A stretch of DNA of 64,000 nt from an uncultured delta proteobacterium (GCA_963761335.1 CAVXGR010000011.1:96001-160000); one strand, 5' to 3'; counted from the stretch's first letter, positions 39,773-53,632 are shown. A program made the numbers and translations. Notes: a model not told the origin generated them from the sequence alone.

Positions 39773-40420
39773 ATGAAGGACGTTCTCGTCGTGATGGCGC
39801 GAGCGCCGGTCCGCGGCGCCGTGAAGACGCGGCTGGCGCGGCGTATTGGCGAGCAGGCGGCGTTCGAACTCTACTGCGCCTTTCTGCGCGACATTGCCGA
39901 ACGCCTCGAGGACGCGTCGTGGCGTCTGCTCTGGGCGGTGTATCCGCCGGGGGCAGATCTCGCGCCGGCGCTCGCAGGCACGACGCAGTGTATCGGGCAG
40001 CGGGGCGGCGATCTCGCCGAGCGCATGCGCCACTGCTTCGAGGATCTGCTGCGGCAGGCACGCCGGGTCGTGATGATCGGCGCCGATGCCCCGCACCTGA
40101 GCCGCGGCGACATCGCCGCGGCCTTCGCCGCGCTCGAGGGGGCCGACGTCGCCCTCAAGCCGGCGCGCGACGGCGGCTACTGCCTCATCGGCCTGCGCGC
40201 CGCCCACGACCTCTTTTCCGGCGTCGACATGGGAACGCCGGCGGTATTGGCGCAGACGAGGGCGCGCCTCGATAGTCTCGGGCTGCGCGCCGTTCTCCTC
40301 GCGCCCAGCTTCGACGTCGACGAGCTCGAGGACCTCGCGGTGCTCGAGTCCCTACTGGCGGGCGGCACCGCCTCGTTGAGACATACCGGTGCCGCGCTGT
40401 CGCGACTCGGCCGCCTATGA
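39773..40420 (+). CDS. TIGR04282/DUF2064 glycosyltransferase-like (CofC-like) protein
   Basis: MARAP..G.VKTRLA, Q.GGDL.ERM, IGADAP, PARDGGY.LIG, DVDE.EDL. Confidence 0.88.
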   Translation: MKDVLVVMARAPVRGAVKTRLARRIGEQAAFELYCAFLRDIAERLEDASWRLLWAVYPPGADLAPALAGTTQCIGQRGGDLAERMRHCFEDLLRQARRVVMIGADAPHLSRGDIAAAFAALEGADVALKPARDGGYCLIGLRAAHDLFSGVDMGTPAVLAQTRARLDSLGLRAVLLAPSFDVDELEDLAVLESLLAGGTASLRHTGAALSRLGRL

Positions 40421-42592
40421 GCCGCCGCGCTCCGATACCACCGGCGTCACCGTGGCCGGTGCGGCGGCGTTGGGGCTGTTGTTGCCGCGCCGCCCGTGGC
40501 GCTTGCGCCCGCGCCCCCGAGGCCGGCGGCGACGCTGCTTGCGCTGCGGCCGCGCGATCGGCTGCCAGAAGGTCGAGGGACGTTCCGGAGCGCCACGGCA
40601 GACGTCGCAGAGGCCGCACGGCTCGCCCTCCTCCTCGCCGAAGTAGCGGCGCAGAAAGACGGCGCGGCACTCCTTTGTATGGGCATACTCGGCAACCGTG
40701 TCGAGGCGCCTCGAGTCCTGCGTCCGCAGGGTGACGAAGCGGCCGGCGAGACTGCGCGCCTGCTCCTCGAACTCGGAGGCGGGGACGTTGATGCGGATCC
40801 CGGACTCGTCGTCGGTGAGCAGACCCGCCTCCTCCAGAACGACGAGGAGAGCCTTGGTCTGCCGCTCGCCGAGCTGCGCCGAGAGGGTCAGTGCCTCCAT
40901 GCTGGGGACACGGTCCTCTCCCGCCCAGGCGACCAACGCCGCGGCGAGACGATAGAGCTGGTCGGGGCGGATACGGCTCGTCTGCAGCAGCGCCTCGTGC
41001 GTCTCCCGGTCCTTGGCGTCGTACATGAGGACGCAGTTGGCCTTGCGGCCGTCGCGGCCGGCGCGCCCCGCCTCCTGAACGTACTGCTCGAGAGAGGCCG
41101 GGGCGGTGTAGTGGACGATGTAGCGGATGTTGGGCTTGTCGATGCCCAGCCCGAAGGCGCTGGTGGCCACCATGATGGTGCGGCGGCCCGGCCGCATGTA
41201 CATCTCCTGCTCGTGATTGCGCTCGCTGCCGGACATCCGACCGTGGTAGCGGTGCACCGGCATGCGGAGCAGCTTGAGCGCCATGTAGAGGTTGTCGACA
41301 TCCTTGGTGGTCGTGCAGTAGATGATGCCCGGGCGGCGCAGGCGGCTGGCGAAGCGGCTCAAGCCGCGCAGGCGCTCGTTGCCGGAGATCTCCATCACCT
41401 CGAAGGCCAGGTTGGCGCGGTGCGGCGAGGCGGCCACCACCTCGGGATTGCGCATGCCGAGGTAGCGGATGATGTCGTCGCGCACCGCCTTGGTGGCGGT
41501 GGCGGTCAGCGCCAGGACCGGCGGCGAGCCGAGCTCCTTCAGCCGCTCGCCCAAGGCGATGTACGCGGGCCGGAAGTCGTGTCCCCACTCCGAGATGCAG
41601 TGCGCCTCGTCGACGGCGGCAAGGGAGATCCCCGAGGCGGTAAGCGCCTCGCCGAGCTCGGCGCCGGCGAGGCTCTCGGGCGTGGTCATCACCAGCATCG
41701 AGCCTCCGGCGGCGATGCGCTTCAGCTCCTCGCGGCGCGCCACGCCGCGCACGGTGCCGTCGATGCGCGCCACCGGAATGCGGCGCGCCAGCAGCTTCTC
41801 GTGCTGGTCGCGAATCAGGGCCAGCAGCGGCGATACCAGAACCACCGGCTTGGGCAGTACCATCGAGGGTACCTGGTAACAGACCGACTTGCCGAAGCCG
41901 GTCGGCAGCACGACCAGCACGTCGTGACCGGCGAACGAGGCGGTGACCGCCCGCTCCTGCTCTGCGTAGAGCTGCCGAATGCCGAGGCGCTGTGCCGCCA
42001 GACGCGAGCTGCGCAGCGGATCACCGCCGCGCACTGCGGCCGGAGCGCTGCTCCTGCTCCTCGGCGGCGGCATCTCGACCCGGGCGATCTCGGCAATCTC
42101 GGCGAGCGGTTCCGGCGCAGCCAGAGGCTCCACGGCGACGAGGTCGGCGGAGACCAGCGGCCGCGGCGGCGGCAGGGCCTCGCTCGAGACCAGCGGTTGC
42201 GGCGCAGCGAGCGGCGGCGGCGGCGCGACGAGCAGCGGTCGGGGAGCGACGGTTTTGGCCGGCGCCGTCGGCTTTGGCGGAGCAGCCGTTTCCGCCTCGA
42301 CCTCCGCCGGCGGTGCCGCCAGCGGCTCGACCGCGACCTCCGCTGACTCCGCTTTCCTGGTCACCCGCTTCGCCGTGGTCTTCGGCTTGGACTCCTTCGG
42401 CTTCGGCGTCTTGGGTTTCGCCTCGCGGAGCTTTGCCGCCTTGGGTTTCGCCTCGCGGAGCCTCGCCGCCTTGGGCTCCTCGGGCGCCTTGGGCTTCGCC
42501 TCCCGGAGCTTCGGCGCCTTGACCGCCTTGGCCTCCTTGGACTTCGTCTGTCTCACTCGTTTCGGCTTCGCGACTTCTGCATTCGCACTCAT
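40415..42592 (-). CDS. recQ: RecQ-family DNA helicase with Lys/Ala/Pro-rich N-terminal extension
   Basis: LPTGFGKS, VDEAHCISEWGHDFRP, ALTATA, QEAGRAGRDG, Zn-binding CR...CGLCDVC. Confidence 0.92.
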   Translation of the reverse strand: MSANAEVAKPKRVRQTKSKEAKAVKAPKLREAKPKAPEEPKAARLREAKPKAAKLREAKPKTPKPKESKPKTTAKRVTRKAESAEVAVEPLAAPPAEVEAETAAPPKPTAPAKTVAPRPLLVAPPPPLAAPQPLVSSEALPPPRPLVSADLVAVEPLAAPEPLAEIAEIARVEMPPPRSRSSAPAAVRGGDPLRSSRLAAQRLGIRQLYAEQERAVTASFAGHDVLVVLPTGFGKSVCYQVPSMVLPKPVVLVSPLLALIRDQHEKLLARRIPVARIDGTVRGVARREELKRIAAGGSMLVMTTPESLAGAELGEALTASGISLAAVDEAHCISEWGHDFRPAYIALGERLKELGSPPVLALTATATKAVRDDIIRYLGMRNPEVVAASPHRANLAFEVMEISGNERLRGLSRFASRLRRPGIIYCTTTKDVDNLYMALKLLRMPVHRYHGRMSGSERNHEQEMYMRPGRRTIMVATSAFGLGIDKPNIRYIVHYTAPASLEQYVQEAGRAGRDGRKANCVLMYDAKDRETHEALLQTSRIRPDQLYRLAAALVAWAGEDRVPSMEALTLSAQLGERQTKALLVVLEEAGLLTDDESGIRINVPASEFEEQARSLAGRFVTLRTQDSRRLDTVAEYAHTKECRAVFLRRYFGEEEGEPCGLCDVCRGAPERPSTFWQPIARPQRKQRRRRPRGRGRKRHGRRGNNSPNAAAPATVTPVVSERGGS

Positions 42593-42954
42593 GACTGCCT
42601 CCGCCTGCCACTGCCAGCGCTACTGCTCCCGGGCCGCCCGCACTGGAAATCAGCGCGGCAACGCGGCGTCCGTCAGCAGCGTGCCCGGCGCGGCAGGCTG
42701 GTATCCTCCACTTGCCAGGCCACGCGATCCGCGCGTGTCGAGACTCTCCTTAAACTTGATTCGCGCGCCGGACCCTGAAGCGGCACTGCGTTGGCCCGGC
42801 GGGTTCGCCTCCTCTGCCCAGGGCCTTCGCCCGTGCCGGAGGAAGCATTTCAGCTAAGTCCTTGTAGCCTGGAACTCGTCGGATTCCAAGGGCCGAATGG
42901 TTTTCCGCGGAAATTCCCGCAGACGAGCCGTCCCGGCTCATCCCGAAGGCCGAA

Positions 42955-43038
42955 GTAGAAGCGCCGTCCCGGCGCTTTCCGAAGCGGCGAGACGCCGCTT
43001 CCACTTGGCCAGCGGCTATGCCGTACTCGGACAGCCTC
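42955..43038. repeat. Third GTAG-REP doublet with a GACAGCCTC terminus
   Basis: gtagaagcgccgtcccggcgctttccgaagcggcgagacgccgcttccac ... ggacagcctc. Confidence 0.8.
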
Positions 43039-43146
43039 TTCAACCCCATCCCCCCGGAGGGGGTTGCGATAACCGATGATATCCAGTACGCACAGGGGCT
43101 GGGAGGCACTCGCTTCCCAGCCCGCGCACATCTTGTACGAAAGGAA

Positions 43147-43884
43147 ATGGGAGTGGCAATTCAGAGCATCCCCCAGCTGGCAGCCGAGTATGCGGACAAG
43201 AACCCGCGTGAGATCCTGGCGATGGCGATCCGCGAGTTCGCACCTGATATCGCCGTCTCCTTCAGCGGCGCCGAGGACGTCGTCCTCGTCGATATGGCGG
43301 CCAAGATCGGCGGCCGCTTCCGCGTCTTCTCGCTGGATACCGGGCGTCTGCATCCCGAGACCTATCAGTTTCTCGAGAAGGTCCGCGAGCACTACGGCAT
43401 TCAGATCGAGACCTTCTTTCCCAAGCCCGAGAGCGTGCAGAAGCTGGTGCAGGAGAAGGGCCTCTTCTCGTTCTACAAGGATGGCCACAAGGAGTGCTGC
43501 GGCGTGCGCAAGGTGGAGCCGCTGACCCGGGCGCTGAAGCCGCTGCGCGCCTGGGTGACCGGGCAGCGCCGCGATCAGAGCCCCGGGACGCGCAACGAGG
43601 TGCCGGTCATGCAGCTCGACAAATCGTTTGGCTCGGATGAGCACCCGCTGGTGAAGTTCAACCCGCTGGCCAACTGGAGCTCGAAGCAGGTCTGGGCCTA
43701 CATCCGCGAGAACGACGTGCCCTACAACTCTCTGCACGAGCGCGGCTTCATCTCGATCGGCTGCGAGCCGTGCACACGCCCGGTGAATCCCGGCCAGCAT
43801 GAGCGCGAGGGGCGCTGGTGGTGGGAAGAGGAGACCATGAAGGAGTGCGGTCTCCACGCCGGGAATCTGGCAAAGGCGTCCTGA
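43147..43884 (+). CDS. cysH: Adenosine-5'-phosphosulfate (APS) reductase, 4Fe-4S CysH type
   Basis: SFSGAED, LDTGRLH, ECCGVRK and SIGCEPCT (CC...CxxC), ECGLH. Confidence 0.93.
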   Translation: MGVAIQSIPQLAAEYADKNPREILAMAIREFAPDIAVSFSGAEDVVLVDMAAKIGGRFRVFSLDTGRLHPETYQFLEKVREHYGIQIETFFPKPESVQKLVQEKGLFSFYKDGHKECCGVRKVEPLTRALKPLRAWVTGQRRDQSPGTRNEVPVMQLDKSFGSDEHPLVKFNPLANWSSKQVWAYIRENDVPYNSLHERGFISIGCEPCTRPVNPGQHEREGRWWWEEETMKECGLHAGNLAKAS

Positions 43885-43887
43885 ACA

Positions 43888-43910
43888 GCTGCGGCCGGGC
43901 CGGCCGCAGC
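43888..43910. terminator. GC-rich hairpin between convergent genes
   Basis: gctgcggcc-N5-ggccgcagc. Confidence 0.45.
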
Positions 43911-43919
43911 CCGCAGGGG

Positions 43920-44246
43920 TCAGATGCCGCCGATGTCGTCGGGGTCGGTGAGTCGGGCTCGCTCCTGATCCGAGACCGCCTGCCCGAGGCGATCGGAGAT
44001 GAGGCGCAGGACGCTGGTGTAGACCTTCTCCTCGTCGCCGTCCCTGACTACGAAGAAGGGGGCGCGATCGACGCCCAGGCGCAGGCCGAGCTGCACGCCG
44101 GGGCTCTCGGGATCACCTTCGTGCGCCCACACGACCTCGTCGATGCGGTCCCACAGCCCGCGGCTGCGAAGATGCTCGGTGGCCTCGTTGCACTTGCGGC
44201 ACTCCGAGCCGTCCTTCAGCTTCTTCTTCACCATGGTGACGTGCAT
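43920..44246 (-). CDS. Small CxxC thioredoxin/glutaredoxin-like protein
   Basis: VKKKLKDGSECRKC...GVDRAPFFVV (cis-Pro-like loop). Confidence 0.7.
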   Translation of the reverse strand: MHVTMVKKKLKDGSECRKCNEATEHLRSRGLWDRIDEVVWAHEGDPESPGVQLGLRLGVDRAPFFVVRDGDEEKVYTSVLRLISDRLGQAVSDQERARLTDPDDIGGI

Positions 44247-44366
44247 GCGAACCATCTAACCCCCGCCCAGCGTGGCCGCAAGAGAGCTCCGCCCCGCGGC
44301 ACCCGGCTGGGGCCGACAGCGCCTGGAATTTCCGCTACACTTTCCTTTTGATCCGACCCCGGAGGA

Positions 44367-46196
44367 ATGATGCGACTTCGCACCGCGTTCTGCGCCGCCC
44401 TGCTGTCGATTGCCAACGTTTTGCCCACTGCCGCGGACGGCGTGATCAGCGGCCACGGCATCGCCATGCACGGGGACCTCAAGTACGGACCCGACTTCAA
44501 GCATTTCGACTACGTCAACCCCGCGGCCCCCAAAGGCGGCGAGCTGAAGCAGGAGGCCATCGGTACCTACGACAGCTTCAACCCCTTCATCATCAAGGGG
44601 ACCCCGGCGGCCGGCATCGGCCAGATCTACGACACCCTGCTGGTCCCCTCCGCCGACGAGCCATTCAGTGAGTACGGCCTGCTCGCCGAGAAGGTCGAGA
44701 CCCCGCCGGACCGCTCCTGGGTGGCGTTCACCCTGCGCGCCAACGCCCGCTGGCAAGACGGCAAACCGGTCACCCCGGAGGACGTCATCTGGACCTTCAA
44801 GGCTCTCCGCGACCAGGGTCAGCCGTTTTATCACGCCTACTACGGCAGCGTCGCCGAGGTGACGAAGACGGGCGAGCGCACCGTCAAGTTCACCTTCAAG
44901 CCCGGTGACAATCGGGAGCTGCCGTTGATTCTCGGCCAGCTGCCGGTGCTCCCCAGCCACTACTGGAAGAGCCGCGCCTTCGATCAGACCACCCTCGATC
45001 GCCCCCTCGGCAGTGGTCCCTACCGGCTGGGCGCCTTCGAGGCGGGCCGCTACGTGACCTACCTGCGCAACCCCGACTACTGGGGCGCCGCCCTGCCGGT
45101 GAACGTCGGCCGCAACAACTTCGACACGATTCGCTACGACTACTACCGCGACAGCACCGTCTCCCTGGAGGCGTTCAAGGCGGGCGCCTACGACATCCGC
45201 CTCGAGCAGTCGGCCAAGGACTGGGCCACGGCCTACGATGTCCCCGCCGTCAACAGCGGCAAGCTGCGCAAGGAGGAGTTCCCCAACGGGCGTCCCTCGG
45301 GCATGCAGGCTTACGCCTTCAACACGCGCCGCGACCTCTTCAAGGATCCGCGGGTGCGCCAGGCAATGTCGTATGCGTTCGACTTCGAGTGGTCGAACAA
45401 GACGCTCTTCTACGGCCAGTACACGCGCACGCGCAGCTACTTCGACAACTCCGAGCTGGCGGCAACCGGCCTGCCGAGCCCGGCGGAGCTGCAGATCCTC
45501 GAGCCCTACCGCGGCCGCATTCCCGACGAGGTCTTCACCCAGGAGTACGACCCGCCCAAGACCGACGGCTCCGGCAACATCCGCGGCAACCTCGAGAAGG
45601 CGGTGAAGCTGCTGCGCGAGGCGGGCTGGGACATCGACAAGAACACCCGCAAGCTCACCAACAAGACCACCGGTGCGCAGATGAAGTTCGAGATCCTCCT
45701 GGTCATGCCGCTGTTCGAGCGCATCACTCTGCCCTTCGCCAAGAACCTGGAGCGCCTCGGCATCACGGCGACGGTGCGCACCGTCGACACCGCCCAGTAC
45801 CAGCAGCGCGTCGACAACTTCGAATTCGACGTGGTCGTCGGCGGTTGGGGCGAGTCGCTCTCCCCGGGCAACGAGCAGCGCAACTACTGGGGCTCGGCCT
45901 TCGCCGACCGCCCGGGGAGCCAGAACATCGTCGGCATCAAGGATCCGGTCGTTGACGAGCTCATCGAGAAGGTCATCGCCGCGCCGGATCGCGCCTCTCT
46001 GGTGACCCGCGTGCACGCTCTCGACCGGGTGCTGCAATGGGGCCACTGGGTCATTCCCCACTGGCACATCGCCTACGACCGCGTCGCCTTCTGGGACAAG
46101 TTCGGACGGCCTAAGATCGTGCCCCTGCAGGGAGTGCAGATCGATGCCTGGTGGGTGGGCACGGCGAAGGCGAAGAAGCGGAAAGCAGGTACGTGA
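44367..46196 (+). CDS. yejA: Peptide ABC transporter substrate-binding protein (YejA)
   Basis: [40 protein letters not shown]. Confidence 0.92.
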   Translation: MMRLRTAFCAALLSIANVLPTAADGVISGHGIAMHGDLKYGPDFKHFDYVNPAAPKGGELKQEAIGTYDSFNPFIIKGTPAAGIGQIYDTLLVPSADEPFSEYGLLAEKVETPPDRSWVAFTLRANARWQDGKPVTPEDVIWTFKALRDQGQPFYHAYYGSVAEVTKTGERTVKFTFKPGDNRELPLILGQLPVLPSHYWKSRAFDQTTLDRPLGSGPYRLGAFEAGRYVTYLRNPDYWGAALPVNVGRNNFDTIRYDYYRDSTVSLEAFKAGAYDIRLEQSAKDWATAYDVPAVNSGKLRKEEFPNGRPSGMQAYAFNTRRDLFKDPRVRQAMSYAFDFEWSNKTLFYGQYTRTRSYFDNSELAATGLPSPAELQILEPYRGRIPDEVFTQEYDPPKTDGSGNIRGNLEKAVKLLREAGWDIDKNTRKLTNKTTGAQMKFEILLVMPLFERITLPFAKNLERLGITATVRTVDTAQYQQRVDNFEFDVVVGGWGESLSPGNEQRNYWGSAFADRPGSQNIVGIKDPVVDELIEKVIAAPDRASLVTRVHALDRVLQWGHWVIPHWHIAYDRVAFWDKFGRPKIVPLQGVQIDAWWVGTAKAKKRKAGT

Positions 46197-46209
46197 CCGC
46201 CGCCGCCCG

Positions 46210-47306
46210 ATGATCGCCTACCTCGCCCGCCGGCTGCTGCTGCTCATCCCGACGCTGCTCGGCATCATGGTGCTGAACTTCGTCATCATCAACGCCGCCC
46301 CGGGTGGGCCGGTGGAACAGGTGCTGGCGCGCATGCGCGGCACCGCCGTGGCGGCGACAGCGCGCTTCAGCGGCGGCGCCCAGGGAGAGGTCGCCAAGGG
46401 CGGCCGGGCCGGCGGCGAGGGCGGCAAGTACCGGGGCGCCGAGGGCCTCGATCCCGCCTTCGTCAAGCAGCTGGAGAAGCAGTTCGGCTTCGACAAGCCG
46501 GCCTATGAGCGCTTCCTGCTGATGATGAAGAGCTACCTGGTCTTCGACTTCGGCAAGAGCTTCTTCCGCGACCGCTCGGTCATCGACCTCATCCTCGACA
46601 AGATGCCGGTGTCGATATCACTGGGGCTGTGGACGACCCTGCTGGTCTACCTCATCTCGATCCCGCTCGGCATCGCCAAGGCGGTGCGCGACGGCTCCCG
46701 CTTCGACGTCTGGACCTCCGGCGTGGTGATCGTCGGCAACGCCATTCCCGGATTCCTCTTCGCCATCCTGTTGATCATCCTCTTCGCCGGCGGCCGCTAC
46801 TTCGACTGGTTCCCGCTGCGCGGCCTGGTGTCCGACAACTGGCACCAGCTGCCCTTCTGGCAGAAGATCGCCGACTACTTCTGGCACATCACCCTGCCGG
46901 TCGCTTCGATGGTCATCGGCGGCTTCGCCGGCCTCACCATGCTGACCAAGAACTCGTTTCTCGATCAGATCAATCAGCAGTACGTGACCACGGCGCGCGC
47001 CAAGGGCCTGAGCGAGAGCCGCGTCCTCTACGGACACGTGTTCCGCAACGGCATGCTGATCGTCATCGCCGGTTTTCCCGAGGCCTTCCTCAGCATCCTC
47101 TTTACCAGCGCCCTGCTCACCGAGGTGATCTTCTCGCTCGACGGCCTCGGCCTTCTCGGCTTCGAGGCGGCCATCAACCGCGACTACCCGGTGATGTTCG
47201 GCACGCTCTACATGTTCACGCTGCTCGGGCTGGGGATCAAGCTGGTCCAGGATCTGACCTACGTGCTGGTCGATCCGCGCATCGACTTCGCCAGCCGCGA
47301 AGTTTG

Positions 47307-47307
<1 letters not shown>
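46210..47307 (+). CDS. yejB: Peptide ABC transporter permease (YejB)
   Basis: [35 protein letters not shown]. Confidence 0.93.
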
Positions 47308-50011
<2,704 letters not shown>

Positions 50012-50021
<10 letters not shown>

Positions 50022-50391
50022 GGGGCTGGGTATTGAGGTGTTGGGGTGTTGAGGTGTTGGGTGTTGGGGGAGTTCGTGCTCGTGCTCAGCGAAGCGGTGC
50101 TCGTAATCGTACGCGTAATCGAGCCGGCGGTGCGGGCGGATTCGTAGCGCAGCGCTCGAGCCCGCGGCGCTCACGGACGATTACGCGCCCGAGTACGATT
50201 ACGAGTAGAGGAGGCGTCTCGCCTCCTCCGGACGCGGCGGGACGCCGCGTCTACTTCTCGCGGTCGAGCCGGCGATACCGACGGGCCGCGGCACCGCGCC
50301 ACCACCCGCAACTGTCGCTGACGATTACGAGTACGATTACGAGCACCGCTTCGCTGAGCACGAGCACGATCCCTCAACACCTCAACACCTC
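50012..50391. repeat. Triple-nested inverted-repeat element
   Basis: Outer (gaggtgtt)n/(aacacctc)n; 48-bp IR at 50074-50121 / 50322-50369; inner GTAG-REP doublet at 50205-50254. Confidence 0.85.
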
Positions 50392-50395
50392 GTCT

Positions 50396-51091
50396 CTAGC
50401 CGAATCGGCCGATATCGTCGACGAGCGTATCGCGGATGAGCTTCACGGTAGCGGCGCGTTCTCTCTGCTTGGTGTTGCGGAACGCCGGATCGGGCAGCTC
50501 GCCGAGGGCGCGGGCGCGTTCGAGGGCGGATTCGACGACTGCTTCCGGGGGCAGAGTGACGTCCAGATAGCCGGCATCCATGGCGGTCTGCGGATCGTAG
50601 ATGCGCGCCTGGGTCACGGCGGCGGTGAAGTGGCGCTTCGACAGACGGGCTCGCGCCAGCTCCAGGGCGAAGATCGGCAAGGTCAGGCGGATCGCCACCT
50701 CGTTCAGGCCGATCTTGAAATCCCCGCGGGCGCCGAGGCGCGCGTCGCCGACGAGCAGGAGGATGGCGCCGGCGGCAAGGGCGTGTCCGGTGCAGGCGAT
50801 CACCACCGGGCGCGGAAAGGTGTAGATGCGCAGCATCATCTCGGCTCCGCCCATGACCAGGGCGCGCACCTGCTCGACGTCGCCACTGGTCATGACGCCG
50901 AGATCGAAGCCGCCGCTCAGCCTTCCGGGCCGCCCGGCGATGACCACGGCACGGGCCTCACCCTCGGCGCGCTCCAGTTGCTCGCCGACGGCGCCAACGG
51001 TCTCCGGCGACAGCGCGTTGACCTTGCCGTCGTCCAGAGTGATCAGCGCAACCCCGTCGCGCAGCTCATAACAGACCTTCTCTGTGGGCAT
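50396..51091 (-). CDS. Crotonase/enoyl-CoA hydratase family protein
   Basis: LDDGKVNALS, SGGFDL, ACTGHALAAGA, IGLNEV. Confidence 0.92.
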   Translation of the reverse strand: MPTEKVCYELRDGVALITLDDGKVNALSPETVGAVGEQLERAEGEARAVVIAGRPGRLSGGFDLGVMTSGDVEQVRALVMGGAEMMLRIYTFPRPVVIACTGHALAAGAILLLVGDARLGARGDFKIGLNEVAIRLTLPIFALELARARLSKRHFTAAVTQARIYDPQTAMDAGYLDVTLPPEAVVESALERARALGELPDPAFRNTKQRERAATVKLIRDTLVDDIGRFG

Positions 51092-51154
51092 GCGCGGTTC
51101 TAGCGCGGCGCGAGGCGAGAGCCAAGCGCGCCTCCGGCGCGCCGAGCGCGCCGA

Positions 51155-51769
51155 TTACCAGTGTCTCACTCTCCCCACGTCGACGTGAACAAATGCCGGT
51201 TTGGGATAGTAGCCGACGCCGCCGCGGCGCAGCTCGATGGCGGCGAGGCGGACGTCGGCGAGGCGGCGGCCCGGGACGCGCAGGTCGATGGCCTTCCCCT
51301 GCATGTGCAGGCTGTGCCTAGCAACCCCGGCGCGGCGCCTCGCCAGCATGGCGTTGGTCTCGGGGGAGCGATAGCCGCAGATCACCTCGATCGGATCGTC
51401 GCTGTCCAACGAGGTGCGCAGCAGGAAGAGGAGATCGAGCAGCGCCGGCGCGATCGGCAGCACCTTGCCGTTGTGATGGTCGCGCAAGACGCGATTGATC
51501 TCGTGCAGCGCCGGCTGCAGGTAGCGGCCGCTCTCGCAGTACAGGGCCGACAGCCTCTCTCCCGTGTGCAGATGATGGAAACGCAGGTCGCGCTCGGGCG
51601 GCAGGCTCGGCGCGCGCAGGCGCGAAGCGCGGCGAATCGCCGCTCCCGCAACCCCCGGGACCAGAGTCAGGGCGGCTGCCGCCACCGCGCCGCGCTTCAG
51701 AAAGGCGCGGCGCGTCTGCGGCTCCGATGCGGACGCAGACGCCCGCCCGAGACGATCGGATGTCGCCAT
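51155..51769 (-). CDS. YcbK/DUF882 (MepK-like) M15 peptidoglycan endopeptidase with Tat signal
   Basis: TRRAFLK Tat motif; HTGE, LRDH, GYRSPETN, SLHM.GKAID, GGVGYYP, HVD.G.VR.W. Confidence 0.9.
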   Translation of the reverse strand: MATSDRLGRASASASEPQTRRAFLKRGAVAAAALTLVPGVAGAAIRRASRLRAPSLPPERDLRFHHLHTGERLSALYCESGRYLQPALHEINRVLRDHHNGKVLPIAPALLDLLFLLRTSLDSDDPIEVICGYRSPETNAMLARRRAGVARHSLHMQGKAIDLRVPGRRLADVRLAAIELRRGGVGYYPKPAFVHVDVGRVRHW

Positions 51770-52043
51770 ACATCTCCTGTCGTCGAAGTTTTTTTTGCCG
51801 GTGGGCGCGAGAGATAGAGGCGTGCAGAGCAGGCACCCGACCGAAAGGAACCCAAGCTGGGTAACACGCTCGACCGCGTAAGCCAAGCTCATTTTCCTGG
51901 AAGCGCGCCCGGCTCGGCCGCATCACCCCCGCGCCAACAACGATGGCCGCCACGACTAGCCGCGTCCGCAGCAACCCGTAACCTTTCCGCTCTCTCACGG
52001 GTTAGAATAGGGTGAGACAATCAACGGAAGGGAGATCACGCCA

Positions 52044-52511
52044 ATGGCCGTCAAACCGGTACCCGAAGGAAATTCAGGTCCGACGCCTTACCTCTGCGTG
52101 AGCGGCGCCGCCGCCGCTATCGAGTTCTACAAACGCGCCTTCGGCGCCACCGAACGGATGCGCCTGGCTGAGCCGAACGGCAGGATCGGCCATGCCGAGG
52201 TGTCGATCGGCACGGGCTCGATCATGCTCGCCGACGAGTACCCGGAGCTGGGAATCCTCAGCCCCAACTCCCTCGGCGAATCGCGCCCGCCGGTGATCAT
52301 GCATCTCTACGTCGACGACGTCGACGCCGTCTACGCGAGAGCGCTCGAGGCGGGGGCCACCTCACAGCGCGAGCCGGCCGATCAGTTCTACGGCGATCGC
52401 AACGCCCAGGTGAAAGATCCTTCCGGACACATCTGGTACATCTCCAGCCGCAAGGAAGAGCTGTCTGCGGAGGAGATGCGTCGCCGCTTCGAGGCATTGG
52501 AGGAGAAGTGA
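52044..52511 (+). CDS. VOC/glyoxalase (PhnB-like) family protein
   Basis: TPYL.V.GAAAAIEFYK.AFGA, HAE, LADEYP, DQFYGDR...DP.GH.W. Confidence 0.92.
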   Translation: MAVKPVPEGNSGPTPYLCVSGAAAAIEFYKRAFGATERMRLAEPNGRIGHAEVSIGTGSIMLADEYPELGILSPNSLGESRPPVIMHLYVDDVDAVYARALEAGATSQREPADQFYGDRNAQVKDPSGHIWYISSRKEELSAEEMRRRFEALEEK

Positions 52512-52526
52512 CCCCCACGCCCTCGC

Positions 52527-52919
52527 CTACATGTCCCGGCGCCGGATGACGAAATCCATGACCTGGTCGTGGACATAGCCGCACTTGGCGTCGGGCAGGG
52601 GCATGTCGCGCACGGGCTGGCCGTACCAGGGATAGCCGCGGCAGACGAGCGGGCGCTCCTCGTAGGCCATGCAGCGACCGTCGGCGCTGAGCTGGTCGCA
52701 CCAGTAGAGATGGGCGCTGGCGGGGAGGTGAGTGACATAGAAGGGGTTGCGCCGCATCGCCTCCTCGCGTGTCAGCGGATGCCAGTGCTCGGCGGCGAAG
52801 ACGTGATCCGAGGGAATTCCGAGCACGCCGCTGACCGCGGCGATCGCCTGCACCTCCTCGGGTGACTGCTCCAGGGTCAACACGCGGCAGCAGGCGCCGC
52901 ACTGATTGCACAGGTTCAC
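52527..52919 (-). CDS. YkgJ-family Cys-cluster (CxxCxxCC) protein
   Basis: CNQCGACC...C.QL...RC..YE.RPLVCRGYP. Confidence 0.85.
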   Translation of the reverse strand: MNLCNQCGACCRVLTLEQSPEEVQAIAAVSGVLGIPSDHVFAAEHWHPLTREEAMRRNPFYVTHLPASAHLYWCDQLSADGRCMAYEERPLVCRGYPWYGQPVRDMPLPDAKCGYVHDQVMDFVIRRRDM

Positions 52920-52967
52920 ACGCGACCTCGACCGCCGTCGCTCACATCTGCACCCAGATCGACCGTC

Positions 52968-53003
52968 TCGGCGCTTCCGGAAGCGGCGAGACGCCGCTTC
53001 TAC
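52968..53003. repeat. Partial GTAG-REP doublet
   Basis: cggcgcttccggaagcggcgagacgccgcttctac. Confidence 0.7.
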
Positions 53004-53027
53004 ACGGTTCAGCGAATCGGGGAAGGA

Positions 53028-53615
53028 TCAACGAGGGGCCCCTGCCAGTCGCTCGAGCAGCGTGCTGACCGCGACCGGCGCCGCCGCCTTCACGGTCACG
53101 CTGAAGCGCTCGCGCCGATCTTCGGGACGCGAGATCTCCCACTTGCCGTCGCCGTAGAGGGTGCCCAACAAGGGCCGCAGCAGTGGCTGAAACGCCGCCA
53201 TCGTCTGGTCGGTATTGGGGGCGGCAAGGCGGTCGTTGGCAATGATCTGCAGCTCGTCACCGGGAAACCGCATGCTCCCCTTCAGCTCCTCGGCGGACTC
53301 CAGCTGCTGGCAGGCGCGCAGAGCGACGCGGCACGCGGCGCCGAGCCCCGCCGCCGGATCGCCGTCGAGGTGGCGCTTGCGATCGTAGAGCAGACCGACG
53401 CGGCCGCCGGTGGAGTCGATGGCGTAGTGCCCCTCGTGGGCGATGAGCATGATCCCCGGTCCGTCGGGCACGTGGCTGTAATCGGCGACGTCGATGAGCA
53501 GACCCTCGACGGCAGCGGTCTGAATCCAGCGATGGAAGAGCGGGATGAAGCGCGACAAATCGACCGGCGCCGGCAGCTCCGCGAAGAACTTGATTCCGAT
53601 GCGTTGGAGATCCAT
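53028..53615 (-). CDS. Hypothetical protein co-transcribed with sulfite/nitrite reductase
   Basis: MDLQRIGIKFF...FHRWIQ...LIDVADYSHVPDGPGIMLIAHE...NDRL.APNT; starts ~17 bp after the reductase stop. Confidence 0.75.
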   Translation of the reverse strand: MDLQRIGIKFFAELPAPVDLSRFIPLFHRWIQTAAVEGLLIDVADYSHVPDGPGIMLIAHEGHYAIDSTGGRVGLLYDRKRHLDGDPAAGLGAACRVALRACQQLESAEELKGSMRFPGDELQIIANDRLAAPNTDQTMAAFQPLLRPLLGTLYGDGKWEISRPEDRRERFSVTVKAAAPVAVSTLLERLAGAPR

Positions 53616-53632
53616 GCGGGTTGAGCGACGAA

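Noticed and set aside
46629..47306. Extra N-terminal region of the 1130-aa ORF (apparent yejB-yejE-yejF fusion)
   Set aside because: Out of frame with yejB, which has its own stop at 47307
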